A stretch of DNA of 64,000 nucleotides from Burkholderiales bacterium (lineage in GTDB: Bacteria; Pseudomonadota; Gammaproteobacteria; Burkholderiales; Ga0077523): NCBI GenBank assembly GCA_044339985.1, contig JBIIUM010000001.1, positions 2,895-66,894 of the forward strand, read 5' to 3'. The notes beneath the pieces were generated by a model. That model made no database searches and was not told the origin of the DNA. It saw only the letters and a list, made by a program, of their open reading frames with translations. Shown here one piece after another: positions 33,748 to 42,435 of the stretch. Position numbers and translations under genes: made by a program. Every line of letters starts with the position of its first letter. Positions within the stretch are counted from its first letter, which is position 1.

Positions 33748-35028
33748 ATGTTGCCCCAATTGCTCCGACGTGCCGCGGTCTTTCTCGCAGCCGCCGCCTT
33801 CGCCGGCGTTGCCACCGCCCAGGACAACCGCCCGCTGCGTATCGGTGTGATCACTTTCCTCTCGGGCCCCGCCGCGGGCCCCTTCGGCGTACCGGCCAAG
33901 AACGCAGCTGACCTGCTGGTGGACGCCTTCAACAAGGGGGGCATCGTGCCTGGCTATGAGCAAAAGGGCTTTGGCGGCCGTCCCATCGAGGTGGTGTACG
34001 TGGACGAAGCTGGCGGCCCCACCAAGGTGGTGACGGAATACCGCAACCTCGTGTCGCGCCAGAACGTGGACATGGTGATCGGCGTCATCTCCAGCGGCGA
34101 CTGCCTCGCGGTGGCCCCGGTGGCGGAGGAGTCGAAGAAGATCACGGTGCTGTTCGACTGCTCGACCAATCGCATCTTCGAGGAAGCCAGCTACAAGTAT
34201 GTGTTCCGCACCACCACCATGGCCACCCAGGAAAACGTGGCCGCGGCGCGCTACATCGCGGAGATGTACCCCAACCTCAAGACGTTTTCGGGCGTCAACC
34301 CGAACTATGCATGGGGCCAGGACGCATGGAGCGACTTCACGGAATCGCTGAAGGTCCTGCTGCCCGCGGCGCAGATCGCCACCAACATGACGCCCAAGCT
34401 GGGCGCTGGTCAGTACGGCACCGAGGTCTCTGCCCTGATCGGCAGCAATGCCGAGATCATGCAGAACTCCCTGTGGGGCGGCGACCTGGAGGCCTTCGTG
34501 CTGCAGGCGGCGCCGCGCGGACTGCTCAAGAAAAGCCCCAACATCATCATCTGCGGCGACACGATCCTCGAACGCCTGGGGAGCCAGTTGCCCGACGGCA
34601 CCATGATCGGTGCCCGCGGCCCCAACGGCCCCTTCGCCCCCGCCACCAAGCTCAACAACTGGTTTCGCAAGTCCTTCCAGGACCAGTTCAAGGCCATTCC
34701 CGTGTATTCCTCCTACCACATGGCCACGGCATTCCTGGGCGCCAAGAGCGCCTACGAGGCAGCCCAAAAGAAATTCAAGGCAGCCGCGCCCAGCGACGAG
34801 CAGATCATCGCCGCCTTCGAATACAACAAGTTCGAATCTGTGGCAGGCATCGTGGACATGTCCCTGGGCAAGGGACACCAGGCCGTGCAGGGAGTGCCCT
34901 ACGGCACGCTGCGCATGGTGGATGGCAAGCCCACCCTCACCAACGTGCGCTACTACGCGCCCGACAAGGTGAGCCCGCCGGATGGTGTAAAGAGCATCGA
35001 ATGGATCCGCGCCGGCTTCAAGCGCTGA
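33748..35028 (+). CDS. ABC transporter substrate-binding protein (Leu/Ile/Val/urea-type periplasmic binding protein, type I)
   Basis: 426 aa with a signal peptide and LRIGVITFLSGPAAGPFG. No adjacent permease or ATPase genes. Confidence 0.85.
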   Translation: MLPQLLRRAAVFLAAAAFAGVATAQDNRPLRIGVITFLSGPAAGPFGVPAKNAADLLVDAFNKGGIVPGYEQKGFGGRPIEVVYVDEAGGPTKVVTEYRNLVSRQNVDMVIGVISSGDCLAVAPVAEESKKITVLFDCSTNRIFEEASYKYVFRTTTMATQENVAAARYIAEMYPNLKTFSGVNPNYAWGQDAWSDFTESLKVLLPAAQIATNMTPKLGAGQYGTEVSALIGSNAEIMQNSLWGGDLEAFVLQAAPRGLLKKSPNIIICGDTILERLGSQLPDGTMIGARGPNGPFAPATKLNNWFRKSFQDQFKAIPVYSSYHMATAFLGAKSAYEAAQKKFKAAAPSDEQIIAAFEYNKFESVAGIVDMSLGKGHQAVQGVPYGTLRMVDGKPTLTNVRYYAPDKVSPPDGVKSIEWIRAGFKR

Positions 35029-35056
35029 GCCCGCAACCCACGCCGGACACGATTCC

Positions 35057-35563
35057 ATGGCCACCGCCAGCTACCGCAACGCCGCCCAAGATCTGATCCG
35101 CAAGACCGGTGCGCGCGTCACCAATGCGCGCATCGAAATCCTGGCGCTGTTGCTGAAGGCCGACAACGCCCTTTCCCATGCCGAGATCGAATCGCGCCTG
35201 CCCCAGGCGGCCGGCATCGACAGGGTCACCGTGTACCGGGTCCTTGACTGGCTCACGGGTGAGGGCCTGGCCCACAAGATCAGCGGCGACGACCGGGTAT
35301 GGCGTTTCAATACCGCAGCCGAGCAGTCCGCCCACAATCACGCCCATTTCAAGTGCACCTGTTGCCAGGCGGTCATCTGCCTGGACGACCTGGGTTCGGG
35401 GTGGACGCCCACTCTGCCCTCCGGCTTCACGCCCCAGGAAGTGGACCTCACTATCAAGGGCCTGTGCGCAAGCTGCTCCCCGTCCAACAAGGCGCACGAC
35501 CCCCGCAAGCACGCCCTGCACCGCCGCCCCGTCCGGGTGCGCCGGAGCGCCGCGGACAGCTGA
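35057..35563 (+). CDS. Fur-family transcriptional regulator (Zur-like)
   Basis: 168 aa with motifs RVTNARIEILALLL and DRVTVYRVLDWL, and CxxC pairs (HFKCTCCQ, CASC). Confidence 0.85.
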   Translation: MATASYRNAAQDLIRKTGARVTNARIEILALLLKADNALSHAEIESRLPQAAGIDRVTVYRVLDWLTGEGLAHKISGDDRVWRFNTAAEQSAHNHAHFKCTCCQAVICLDDLGSGWTPTLPSGFTPQEVDLTIKGLCASCSPSNKAHDPRKHALHRRPVRVRRSAADS

Positions 35564-35748
35564 AAGACCGCCGGTCCATCGCGACAGCGCGAAAACCCGG
35601 TTTTTATTGCAACTGCCTTGCATTGAGTTCCGGGTTGCATTAGTATTCATCCCGTCGAGGCCAACCGGCTACGGGATCATTCCCGGCGCCAGCGACGAGT
35701 TCTTGGCCAGCCGGGGTGAAGCGCTCTCTCCGCCCGGGCTCATTCACA

Positions 35749-35778
35749 GGGCGCCCGACAAGGGGCGCCCTTTTTTTT
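35749..35778 (+). terminator. rho-independent terminator
   Basis: GGGCGCCC-GACAAG-GGGCGCCC (8-bp GC stem) followed by T8. On the opposite strand it is not followed by a T-run. Confidence 0.7.
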
Positions 35779-36225
35779 ACCCCCCGAGGCGGCGCGCCCC
35801 ACCCGCGGCAGCCCCTGAACCCACCCATGGCACCCCCGGGCGGCTGACCGGGCCCCGTCACTCAGCAGCGAGCGGACGCCCCTCCTGTCCCGCCCTCCGC
35901 GATGCGTACCGCGTCCTGAGACGATAACGAGTGCCCGAGACGGAAATCCCCGCGGATCCGGTGCCGGACGCCCTGCGCCGCGCCCCCGGCAGAGTGCTGG
36001 CCTCGCCGCGCCCCGGATGCTGCAGTCTCAATCAGTAACCCGGACGCCCGGTTGATCGTCTTTTTCGTGCAGAAGACTTCAAATGGCGCCCATCATCACG
36101 GCATGCAGCCTCGAAATCCCGAAGGTGGGGCGAAAGATGTCCGGCAACGGCCCTCCAGGAGATGCGCACACGGGGCCGGTGCCACCGTTCCCCGATAGAA
36201 TCGACGATAGGAGTTTCCACCACCA

Positions 36226-37227
36226 ATGCACCAGCAAGCCTCCCTTGAACGCTGGCGGCAGGCCCGAGCCGGTCTGCCCGCGCAACAACTTGGCGCCGAA
36301 CGCAGGGCAAGGCTGGTATTCGCCCTTACGGTGGCCACCATGGTGGCTGAACTGGCGGCCGGCTGGTGGACGGGATCCATGTCCCTCAGTGCCGATGGCT
36401 GGCACATGGGGTCCCATGCGGCCGCGCTGGGCATCGCTGCCTTCGCGTACGCGTTCGCGCGTCGCCACGCGGGAAGCGAGCGCTTCAGCTTCGGTACCGG
36501 AAAGGTGAGCGCACTGGCGGGTTTCGCGAGCGCGCTGCTGCTGGCGGTGGTGGCGGTGCTGATGGCGGCGGAGTCGGTCAACCGGCTGGTGAGCCCGGTG
36601 CAGGTGCGCATCGACGAGGCCATCCTGGTGGCGGTGATCGGACTGGTGGTGAACGTGGCCAGCGCCCTGTTGCTGTCCAGCCCGAACGCGGGCCGGCGGG
36701 GTGCCGGCGCGTCGGGGAACTCCCATGCCACGAGCCATCATGGCCACGACCATAACCACCACGTGCACCATCACCACGACCACAATCTGCGCGCCGCCTA
36801 CCTTCACGTGATCGCCGACGCGTTGACTTCCGTGCTGGCGATCGCAGCGCTGGTGGCGGCACGTTTTGGCGGCTGGTTGTGGCTTGACCCGGCGGTGGCC
36901 ATCGCCGCCGCCGTGCTGATCGGTTGGTGGGCGTGGGGCCTGCTGAGCGTCACTGGCCGGGTCTTGCTGGACGCCGAAGACGGCGGCGCGCTGCGCGCCC
37001 AGATCGTGCACCGTATCGAGGCTGACGCGGACAATCGCGTGGCCGACCTTCGCCTGTGGAACATCGGCGCCGACAGCCGCGCGCTGATCCTGTCCATCGT
37101 CACCCACCAGCCCCGTTCAGCGGAGCACTACAAGGCGCTGCTGGCAGACCTGCCCGGACTGGGACACGTTAGCGTGGAGATATTCCTGTGCACCGACGCC
37201 CCGTGCGGTCTGCACCGCCGCGCCTAG
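36226..37227 (+). CDS. cation diffusion facilitator (CDF) family divalent-metal exporter (CzcD/DmeF-like)
   Basis: 333 aa with six TM helices and a His-rich loop HATSHHGHDHNHHVHHHHDHN. LHVIADALTS motif. Confidence 0.9.
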   Translation: MHQQASLERWRQARAGLPAQQLGAERRARLVFALTVATMVAELAAGWWTGSMSLSADGWHMGSHAAALGIAAFAYAFARRHAGSERFSFGTGKVSALAGFASALLLAVVAVLMAAESVNRLVSPVQVRIDEAILVAVIGLVVNVASALLLSSPNAGRRGAGASGNSHATSHHGHDHNHHVHHHHDHNLRAAYLHVIADALTSVLAIAALVAARFGGWLWLDPAVAIAAAVLIGWWAWGLLSVTGRVLLDAEDGGALRAQIVHRIEADADNRVADLRLWNIGADSRALILSIVTHQPRSAEHYKALLADLPGLGHVSVEIFLCTDAPCGLHRRA

Positions 37228-37270
37228 AATAACCCCCTTCTGCCATTCAAACTACAACGGGGAGAAAGCC

Positions 37271-38053
37271 ATGAAACCCGACCTTTCGGTCACCGGCAAG
37301 CGGGTGCTGGTCACCGCGGGCGCTGGCGGCATCGGGCGCGTGATCGCAGAGACCTTCGCCGACGCCGGCGCCCAGGTGCACGTCTGCGACGTTGACGAGG
37401 CGGCGCTGAAGTCCTTTGCCAGGGAGCGGCCAGCCATCAGCACCAGCGGCTGCGACGTTTCCGACCCCGCCCAGGTGCAGGCGCTGTTCGGCGACGTGAA
37501 GCGCATCCTGGGCGGCCTCGACGTGCTGGTAAACAACGCCGGCGTGGCCGGGCCCACGGGCCGGGTGGAGGACATCGCCTTCGAGGACTGGCGCCGCTGC
37601 CTGGCCGTGAACCTGGACGGCATGTTCCTGTGCACGCACCTGGCCATGCCCATGATCAAGGCCGCCGGCGGGGGCAGCATCATCAACCTCTCCTCCTCCG
37701 CCGGTCGGCTGGGATTTCCGCTGCGCTCGCCCTATGCGGCGGCCAAGTGGGGCGTGGTGGGTTACACGGCCAGCCTCGCCATCGAGGCCGGACCCGATCA
37801 CGTGCGCGTGAACTGCATCCAGCCCGGCATCGTCGAGGGCGATCGCATCGACCGCGTGGCCGCGGCCAAGGCAAGCGCGCTGGGCATTCCGGTGGAGGAA
37901 CAGAAGCGGCGCATGGTGCAGGCCGTTTCCATGCGCACCATGGTCACCGCCCAGGACATCGCCAACACCGCGCTGTTCCTGGCCTCGGACGCCGGGCGGC
38001 ACATCAGCGGGCAGGCCATCCCCGTGTGCGGCAACCTCGAAACCCTCGCCTGA
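37271..38053 (+). CDS. SDR-family oxidoreductase
   Basis: 260 aa with motifs TAGAGGIGRV, NNAG and YAAAK. Confidence 0.85.
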   Translation: MKPDLSVTGKRVLVTAGAGGIGRVIAETFADAGAQVHVCDVDEAALKSFARERPAISTSGCDVSDPAQVQALFGDVKRILGGLDVLVNNAGVAGPTGRVEDIAFEDWRRCLAVNLDGMFLCTHLAMPMIKAAGGGSIINLSSSAGRLGFPLRSPYAAAKWGVVGYTASLAIEAGPDHVRVNCIQPGIVEGDRIDRVAAAKASALGIPVEEQKRRMVQAVSMRTMVTAQDIANTALFLASDAGRHISGQAIPVCGNLETLA

Positions 38054-38061
38054 GGAAACAC

Positions 38062-39000
38062 ATGGAACACATCGCCATCATCGGCGCGGGCCTCATCGGC
38101 CGGGCCTGGGCCACCGTCTACGCGCGGGCTGGCCACCCGGTGACACTGCACGACACGGCGCCCGGCGCCGTGGACAAGGCCCTGGGCCTGATCCTGGAAG
38201 GGCTGCACGACCTGCGCCGTGCCGGCCTGGTGGACGAGGCTCCGGCCGCCGTGGCCGCGCGCATCACCGCCGCACCCAGCCTGGAGGCGGCCGTGGCGCA
38301 GGCCGACTACGTGCAGGAGAACACCGCCGAGGACGAGGCGGTGAAGCAGTCGGTGTTCTCGGCACTCGACGCGGCCGCGCCGCCGCACTGCATACTCGCC
38401 TCTTCCACCTCCACCATCCAGACCTCGCGTTTCGCCGGCCACGTGCCCGGGCGCGCGCGCTGCATCGTGGCCCATCCGGTCAACCCGCCGCACCTGGTGC
38501 CGGTGGTGGAAATCTCCCCCGCACCCTTCACCAGCCCCGAAGTGGTGGAGCGCACCCGCTCGCTGCAGCAGCGCGTGGGGCAGGTGCCGGTGATGGTGAA
38601 TCGCGAGATAGAGGGCTTCGTGCTCAACCGCCTGCAGGCAGCGTTGCTGCTGGAGGCCTGGTCGCTGGTGGACCAGGGGGTGGTTTCCGTCGACGACGTG
38701 GACAAGTGCGTCCGCGACGGCCTGGGCCTGCGCTGGGCCTTCATGGGCCCCTTCGAGACCATCGACCTGAACGCGCCCGGCGGCGTGGCCGACTACGCGG
38801 CACGCTTCGGCGGCAAGATGCACGCCATGATGCAGGCCTCGGCGCCTCCGCGCTGGGAGGGCGAACTGGTGCGCAACGTGGAAGCGCAGCGCCGCACCCT
38901 CATGCCGCAGGACCAGCACGCCGCCCGCGAGGCGTGGCGCGACCGACGTCTCATGGCGCTGGTGGCCCACCAGCGCGAGCAGGCCAAGGGGCACCGCTGA
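38062..39000 (+). CDS. 3-hydroxyacyl-CoA dehydrogenase-family protein (L-carnitine dehydrogenase / lambda-crystallin-like)
   Basis: ATG at 38062 in ORF 37630..39000. Motifs IAIIGAGLIGRAWA, HPVNPPHLVPVVEI and NREIEGFVLNRLQ. Confidence 0.8.
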   Translation: MEHIAIIGAGLIGRAWATVYARAGHPVTLHDTAPGAVDKALGLILEGLHDLRRAGLVDEAPAAVAARITAAPSLEAAVAQADYVQENTAEDEAVKQSVFSALDAAAPPHCILASSTSTIQTSRFAGHVPGRARCIVAHPVNPPHLVPVVEISPAPFTSPEVVERTRSLQQRVGQVPVMVNREIEGFVLNRLQAALLLEAWSLVDQGVVSVDDVDKCVRDGLGLRWAFMGPFETIDLNAPGGVADYAARFGGKMHAMMQASAPPRWEGELVRNVEAQRRTLMPQDQHAAREAWRDRRLMALVAHQREQAKGHR

Positions 39001-39042
39001 AGGCGGCGCCCGCACCCGAACCCCACACGGAGCCCAGTTTCC

Positions 39043-39975
39043 ATGGCACAGCCACGCAAGGTCATCATCACCTGCGCCGTCACCGGCGCCATTCACACAC
39101 CCTCCATGTCGCCGCACCTGCCCGTGACGCCCGAGGAAATTGCCGAGGCGGCCATTGGCGCGGCGCAGGCTGGCGCTGCCATCGTCCACCTGCACGCCCG
39201 CATGCCCGAGGACGGACGTCCGACCCAGGACCCGGACATGTTCCGGCGCTTCCTGCCAGCCATCAAGGCAGCCTCGGACGTGGTCATCAACCTCACCACC
39301 GGTGGCGCACCCACCATGCTGGTGGAAGAGCGACTGCAGCCGGCACTGCAGCTCAAGCCCGAGGTGGCCTCTCTCAACATGGGGTCCATGAACTTCGGCC
39401 TCTACGAGATGCTGAACCGCTACACGGACTTCAGGCACGACTGGGAGAGGCCCTACCTGGCGGGATCGGACGACCGCATCTTCAAGAACACTTTCAAGGA
39501 CATCGCCCACATCCTGGAGTCATGCAGCGGCAACGGCACACGCTTCGAGATCGAGTGCTACGACATCGGCCACCTCTACACCGCGGCCCACTTCCTGGAC
39601 CGGGGCCTCGTCAAGCCGCCGCTGTTCATCCAGAGCGTCTTCGGACTGCGCGGCGGCATCGGCCCGCACCCCGAGGACGTGATGCACATGAAGCGCACCG
39701 CCGACCGGCTGTTCGGACATGACTACCAGTGGTCGGTGCTGGGTGCGGGGGCCAACCAGATGTACGTGGCCACCCAATCCGCGGTCATGGGCGGCAACGT
39801 GCGGGTGGGCCTGGAGGACAGCCTGTGGATCGGCCGCGGCCGTCTGGCCGAGAGCAATGCCCAGCAGGTGGCCAAGATCCGCCGCATCCTCGAGGAACTC
39901 GGCCTCGAGGTGGCCACTCCCGACGACGCGCGGGCCATCCTGAAGCTGAAGGGCGGCGCCAACGTGGCGTTCTGA
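39043..39975 (+). CDS. beta-keto acid cleavage enzyme (BKACE / 3-keto-5-aminohexanoate cleavage enzyme family, DUF849)
   Basis: 310 aa with motifs IITCAVTGAIHTPSMSP, IVHLHAR, EIECYD and VRVGLEDSLW. Confidence 0.85.
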   Translation: MAQPRKVIITCAVTGAIHTPSMSPHLPVTPEEIAEAAIGAAQAGAAIVHLHARMPEDGRPTQDPDMFRRFLPAIKAASDVVINLTTGGAPTMLVEERLQPALQLKPEVASLNMGSMNFGLYEMLNRYTDFRHDWERPYLAGSDDRIFKNTFKDIAHILESCSGNGTRFEIECYDIGHLYTAAHFLDRGLVKPPLFIQSVFGLRGGIGPHPEDVMHMKRTADRLFGHDYQWSVLGAGANQMYVATQSAVMGGNVRVGLEDSLWIGRGRLAESNAQQVAKIRRILEELGLEVATPDDARAILKLKGGANVAF

Positions 39976-39977
39976 CC

Positions 39978-41054
39978 GTGCGAATCCACCGCATTGCCGC
40001 CATCCCTGGCGACGGCATCGGCACCGAGGTGATCGGCGCGGGCATCGAGGTGCTCGAGGCGCTGGCGGCCACGGACGGCGGCTTCTCGCTGCAGTTCGAG
40101 CACTTTCCCTGGGGCAGCGCCTGGTACCTGGCGCATGGCCGGATGATGGACGAGGAGGGCCTCGAGCGCCTGCGGGGCTTCGACGCCATCTTCTTCGGTG
40201 CCGTGGGTTCCCTGGAGGTACCGGACCACGTCTCGCTGTGGGGGTTGCGCCTCTCCATCTGCCAGGGCTTCGACCAGTACGCCAACGTGCGGCCCACCCG
40301 TGTGCTGCCCGGCATCGATCCGCCGCTTCGGCTGTCCAGTCCGGCGGACATCGACTGGGTGATCGTGCGCGAGAACTCGGAGGGCGAGTACTCCGGCCAG
40401 GGCGGTCGCTCGCACCGCGGCCTGCCGGGGGAGGTTGCCACCGAGGTGTCCATCTTCACCCGCGCCGGGGTGGAGCGGATCCACCGCTTCGCCTTCGAAC
40501 TGGCCCGTGGCCGCCCGCGCCGCCGCCTCACCCTGGTCACCAAGTCCAACGCCCAGCGCCACGGCCTGGTGCTGTGGGACGAGGTGTTCGCCGAGGTGGC
40601 CAGGGACTTCCCGGACGTGGCCACCGACAAGGCGCTGGTGGATGCAGCCACGCAGCGCATGGTGCTCAAGCCTGGGTCGCTCGACGTGATGGTGGCCACC
40701 AACCTGCACGCGGACATCCTTTCCGACCTGGCCGCGGCGTTGTCCGGCAGCCTGGGCATCGCCCCCACGGCCAATCTCGACCCGCTGCGCCGCTTCCCCT
40801 CCATGTTCGAGCCCATCCACGGCTCGGCGTGGGACATCCAGGGCAAGGGCATCGCCAACCCCATCGCCACCTTCTGGACGGCGGTCATGATGCTCGAGCA
40901 CCTGGGAGAGGCCGGGGCGGCCCGGCGGCTCATGCGGGCCATCGAGGCGGCCACCGGGGCCCGGGTGTTCACCCCCGACCTGGGAGGACATGCCCGCACC
41001 GCCGATGTCACCCGCGCTGTTGTGGAGGCGCTGCGCCGACCGCCACACGCCTGA
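39978..41054 (+). CDS. tartrate dehydrogenase/decarboxylase / D-malate dehydrogenase-like (isocitrate/isopropylmalate dehydrogenase family)
   Basis: GTG at 39978 in ORF 39729..41054. Motifs IAAIPGDGIGTEV, VRENSEGEYSG, NLHADILSDLAAAL and GSAWDIQGKGIANP. Confidence 0.85.
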   Translation: MRIHRIAAIPGDGIGTEVIGAGIEVLEALAATDGGFSLQFEHFPWGSAWYLAHGRMMDEEGLERLRGFDAIFFGAVGSLEVPDHVSLWGLRLSICQGFDQYANVRPTRVLPGIDPPLRLSSPADIDWVIVRENSEGEYSGQGGRSHRGLPGEVATEVSIFTRAGVERIHRFAFELARGRPRRRLTLVTKSNAQRHGLVLWDEVFAEVARDFPDVATDKALVDAATQRMVLKPGSLDVMVATNLHADILSDLAAALSGSLGIAPTANLDPLRRFPSMFEPIHGSAWDIQGKGIANPIATFWTAVMMLEHLGEAGAARRLMRAIEAATGARVFTPDLGGHARTADVTRAVVEALRRPPHA

Positions 41055-41180
41055 CGGAGCGCCTTGACGCACGCGCTGCGCTTCCTGGCGGTGCCGCACA
41101 CGCCGCGCGCCATTGGCGTTGTGGCCGCGTTGCTTCAAAATCGGCGGGTTCCTGCCCCCGTTTCCTCCGGGAGTTCGACC

Positions 41181-42434
41181 ATGGATCGCAACGAAGGCCG
41201 AGTGCAGATGGAAGCTGCTTCGCAGGCGGCCGACCGCAGCAACGCCAGCGGCTTCGAGCGCCGCCTGCTTCGTCAACTGCTGGCCGCGGCCGGCAACCCC
41301 CCTCTTGGCGTGTCGCTCTGGAACGGCGAGGAGTTCGCGCCCGGCCCGGGCACGCCCCTGGCGCGAATTTTCGTGCGCGACCGCGGTGCGCTGTTGCGCA
41401 TGGTGGTCAATCCCGAGCTCTACACCGGGGACGATTACGCCGCGGGCAGGGTGGATATCGAAGGCGATCTGGTGGGTTGCCTGCAAGCCATCTACGAGGG
41501 GCTGGAAAACCTGCCCGAGAATTCCTTCAAGGCTCGATTGCTACGGTGGATGAACAAGCCACGGGCCAACACCCTGGCTGGATCCAGGGCCAATGTCCAC
41601 CACCACTACGATCTGGGCAACGACTTCTACGCCCTGTGGCTGGACGCGGCACGCATGCAATACACCTGTGCCTACTACGCCCGCCCCGAATTTACCCTGG
41701 AACAGGCCCAGTTGGCGAAGCTCGACCACGTGGCCCGCAAACTGCAACTCGTCCGAGGCCAGGTGGTCTACGAGGCTGGCTGTGGCTGGGGAGGGCTGGC
41801 GCGGCATTTTGCCGCCAACTACGGAGTCACGGTGCGCGCTTTCAACATCTCCGAGGAACAGGTCAAATTCGCCCGCGAGCAGGCACGGCGCGAGGGGCTG
41901 GAGGGGCGTGTGGAGTATGTGCTCGACGACTATCGCAACATGACCGGCCGTTGCGACGTTTTCGTGTCCGTGGGCATGCTCGAACACGTGGGGGTGGACA
42001 ACTACCCGGTGCTGGGCGAGGTGATTCACCGTGTGCTCGCGCCCCAGGGCCGCGGTCTGATCCACTCCATTGGCCGCAACCGCCCCGCCCCCATGAACGC
42101 GTGGATCGAAAAGCGGATCTTCCCTGGGGCCTACCCGGCCAGCCTGGCCGAGATGATGCGCATCTTCGAGGACCGGAGATTCTCGGTGCTGGATGTGGAA
42201 AACCTGCGGCTGCACTACGCCCGCACCCTGGCCCAGTGGCGCGAGCGCTTCGAGACCAAGACCGAGGCGGTCCGCAGCCTGTACGACGAGCGCTTCGTAC
42301 GCATGTGGCGGCTGTATCTGGCTGGCTCCGAGGCCTCTTTCCTCATGGGTGCGCTGCAGTTGTTCCAGATCGTGTTCGCGCGATCGGGCGACAACAGCGT
42401 GCCCCTCACCCGGCAGCACCTCTATGGGCACTGA
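41181..42434 (+). CDS. cyclopropane-fatty-acyl-phospholipid synthase family SAM-dependent methyltransferase
   Basis: ATG at 41181 (alternative 41208). Motifs HYDLGNDFYALWLD, YSCAYY-like QYTCAYY, EAGCGWGGLA and VGMLEHVG. Confidence 0.85.
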   Translation: MDRNEGRVQMEAASQAADRSNASGFERRLLRQLLAAAGNPPLGVSLWNGEEFAPGPGTPLARIFVRDRGALLRMVVNPELYTGDDYAAGRVDIEGDLVGCLQAIYEGLENLPENSFKARLLRWMNKPRANTLAGSRANVHHHYDLGNDFYALWLDAARMQYTCAYYARPEFTLEQAQLAKLDHVARKLQLVRGQVVYEAGCGWGGLARHFAANYGVTVRAFNISEEQVKFAREQARREGLEGRVEYVLDDYRNMTGRCDVFVSVGMLEHVGVDNYPVLGEVIHRVLAPQGRGLIHSIGRNRPAPMNAWIEKRIFPGAYPASLAEMMRIFEDRRFSVLDVENLRLHYARTLAQWRERFETKTEAVRSLYDERFVRMWRLYLAGSEASFLMGALQLFQIVFARSGDNSVPLTRQHLYGH

Positions 42435-42435
42435 C

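Noticed and set aside
33523-35064. 513-aa minus-strand ORF
   Set aside because: It is antisense to the well-supported substrate-binding protein gene, so it is a shadow ORF.
35588-35610. GAAAACCCGGTTTTTATT as a terminator for the zur-like gene
   Set aside because: The possible stem (AAAACC/GGTTTT) leaves a loop too small to form. The strong terminator at 35749-35778 is the credible one.
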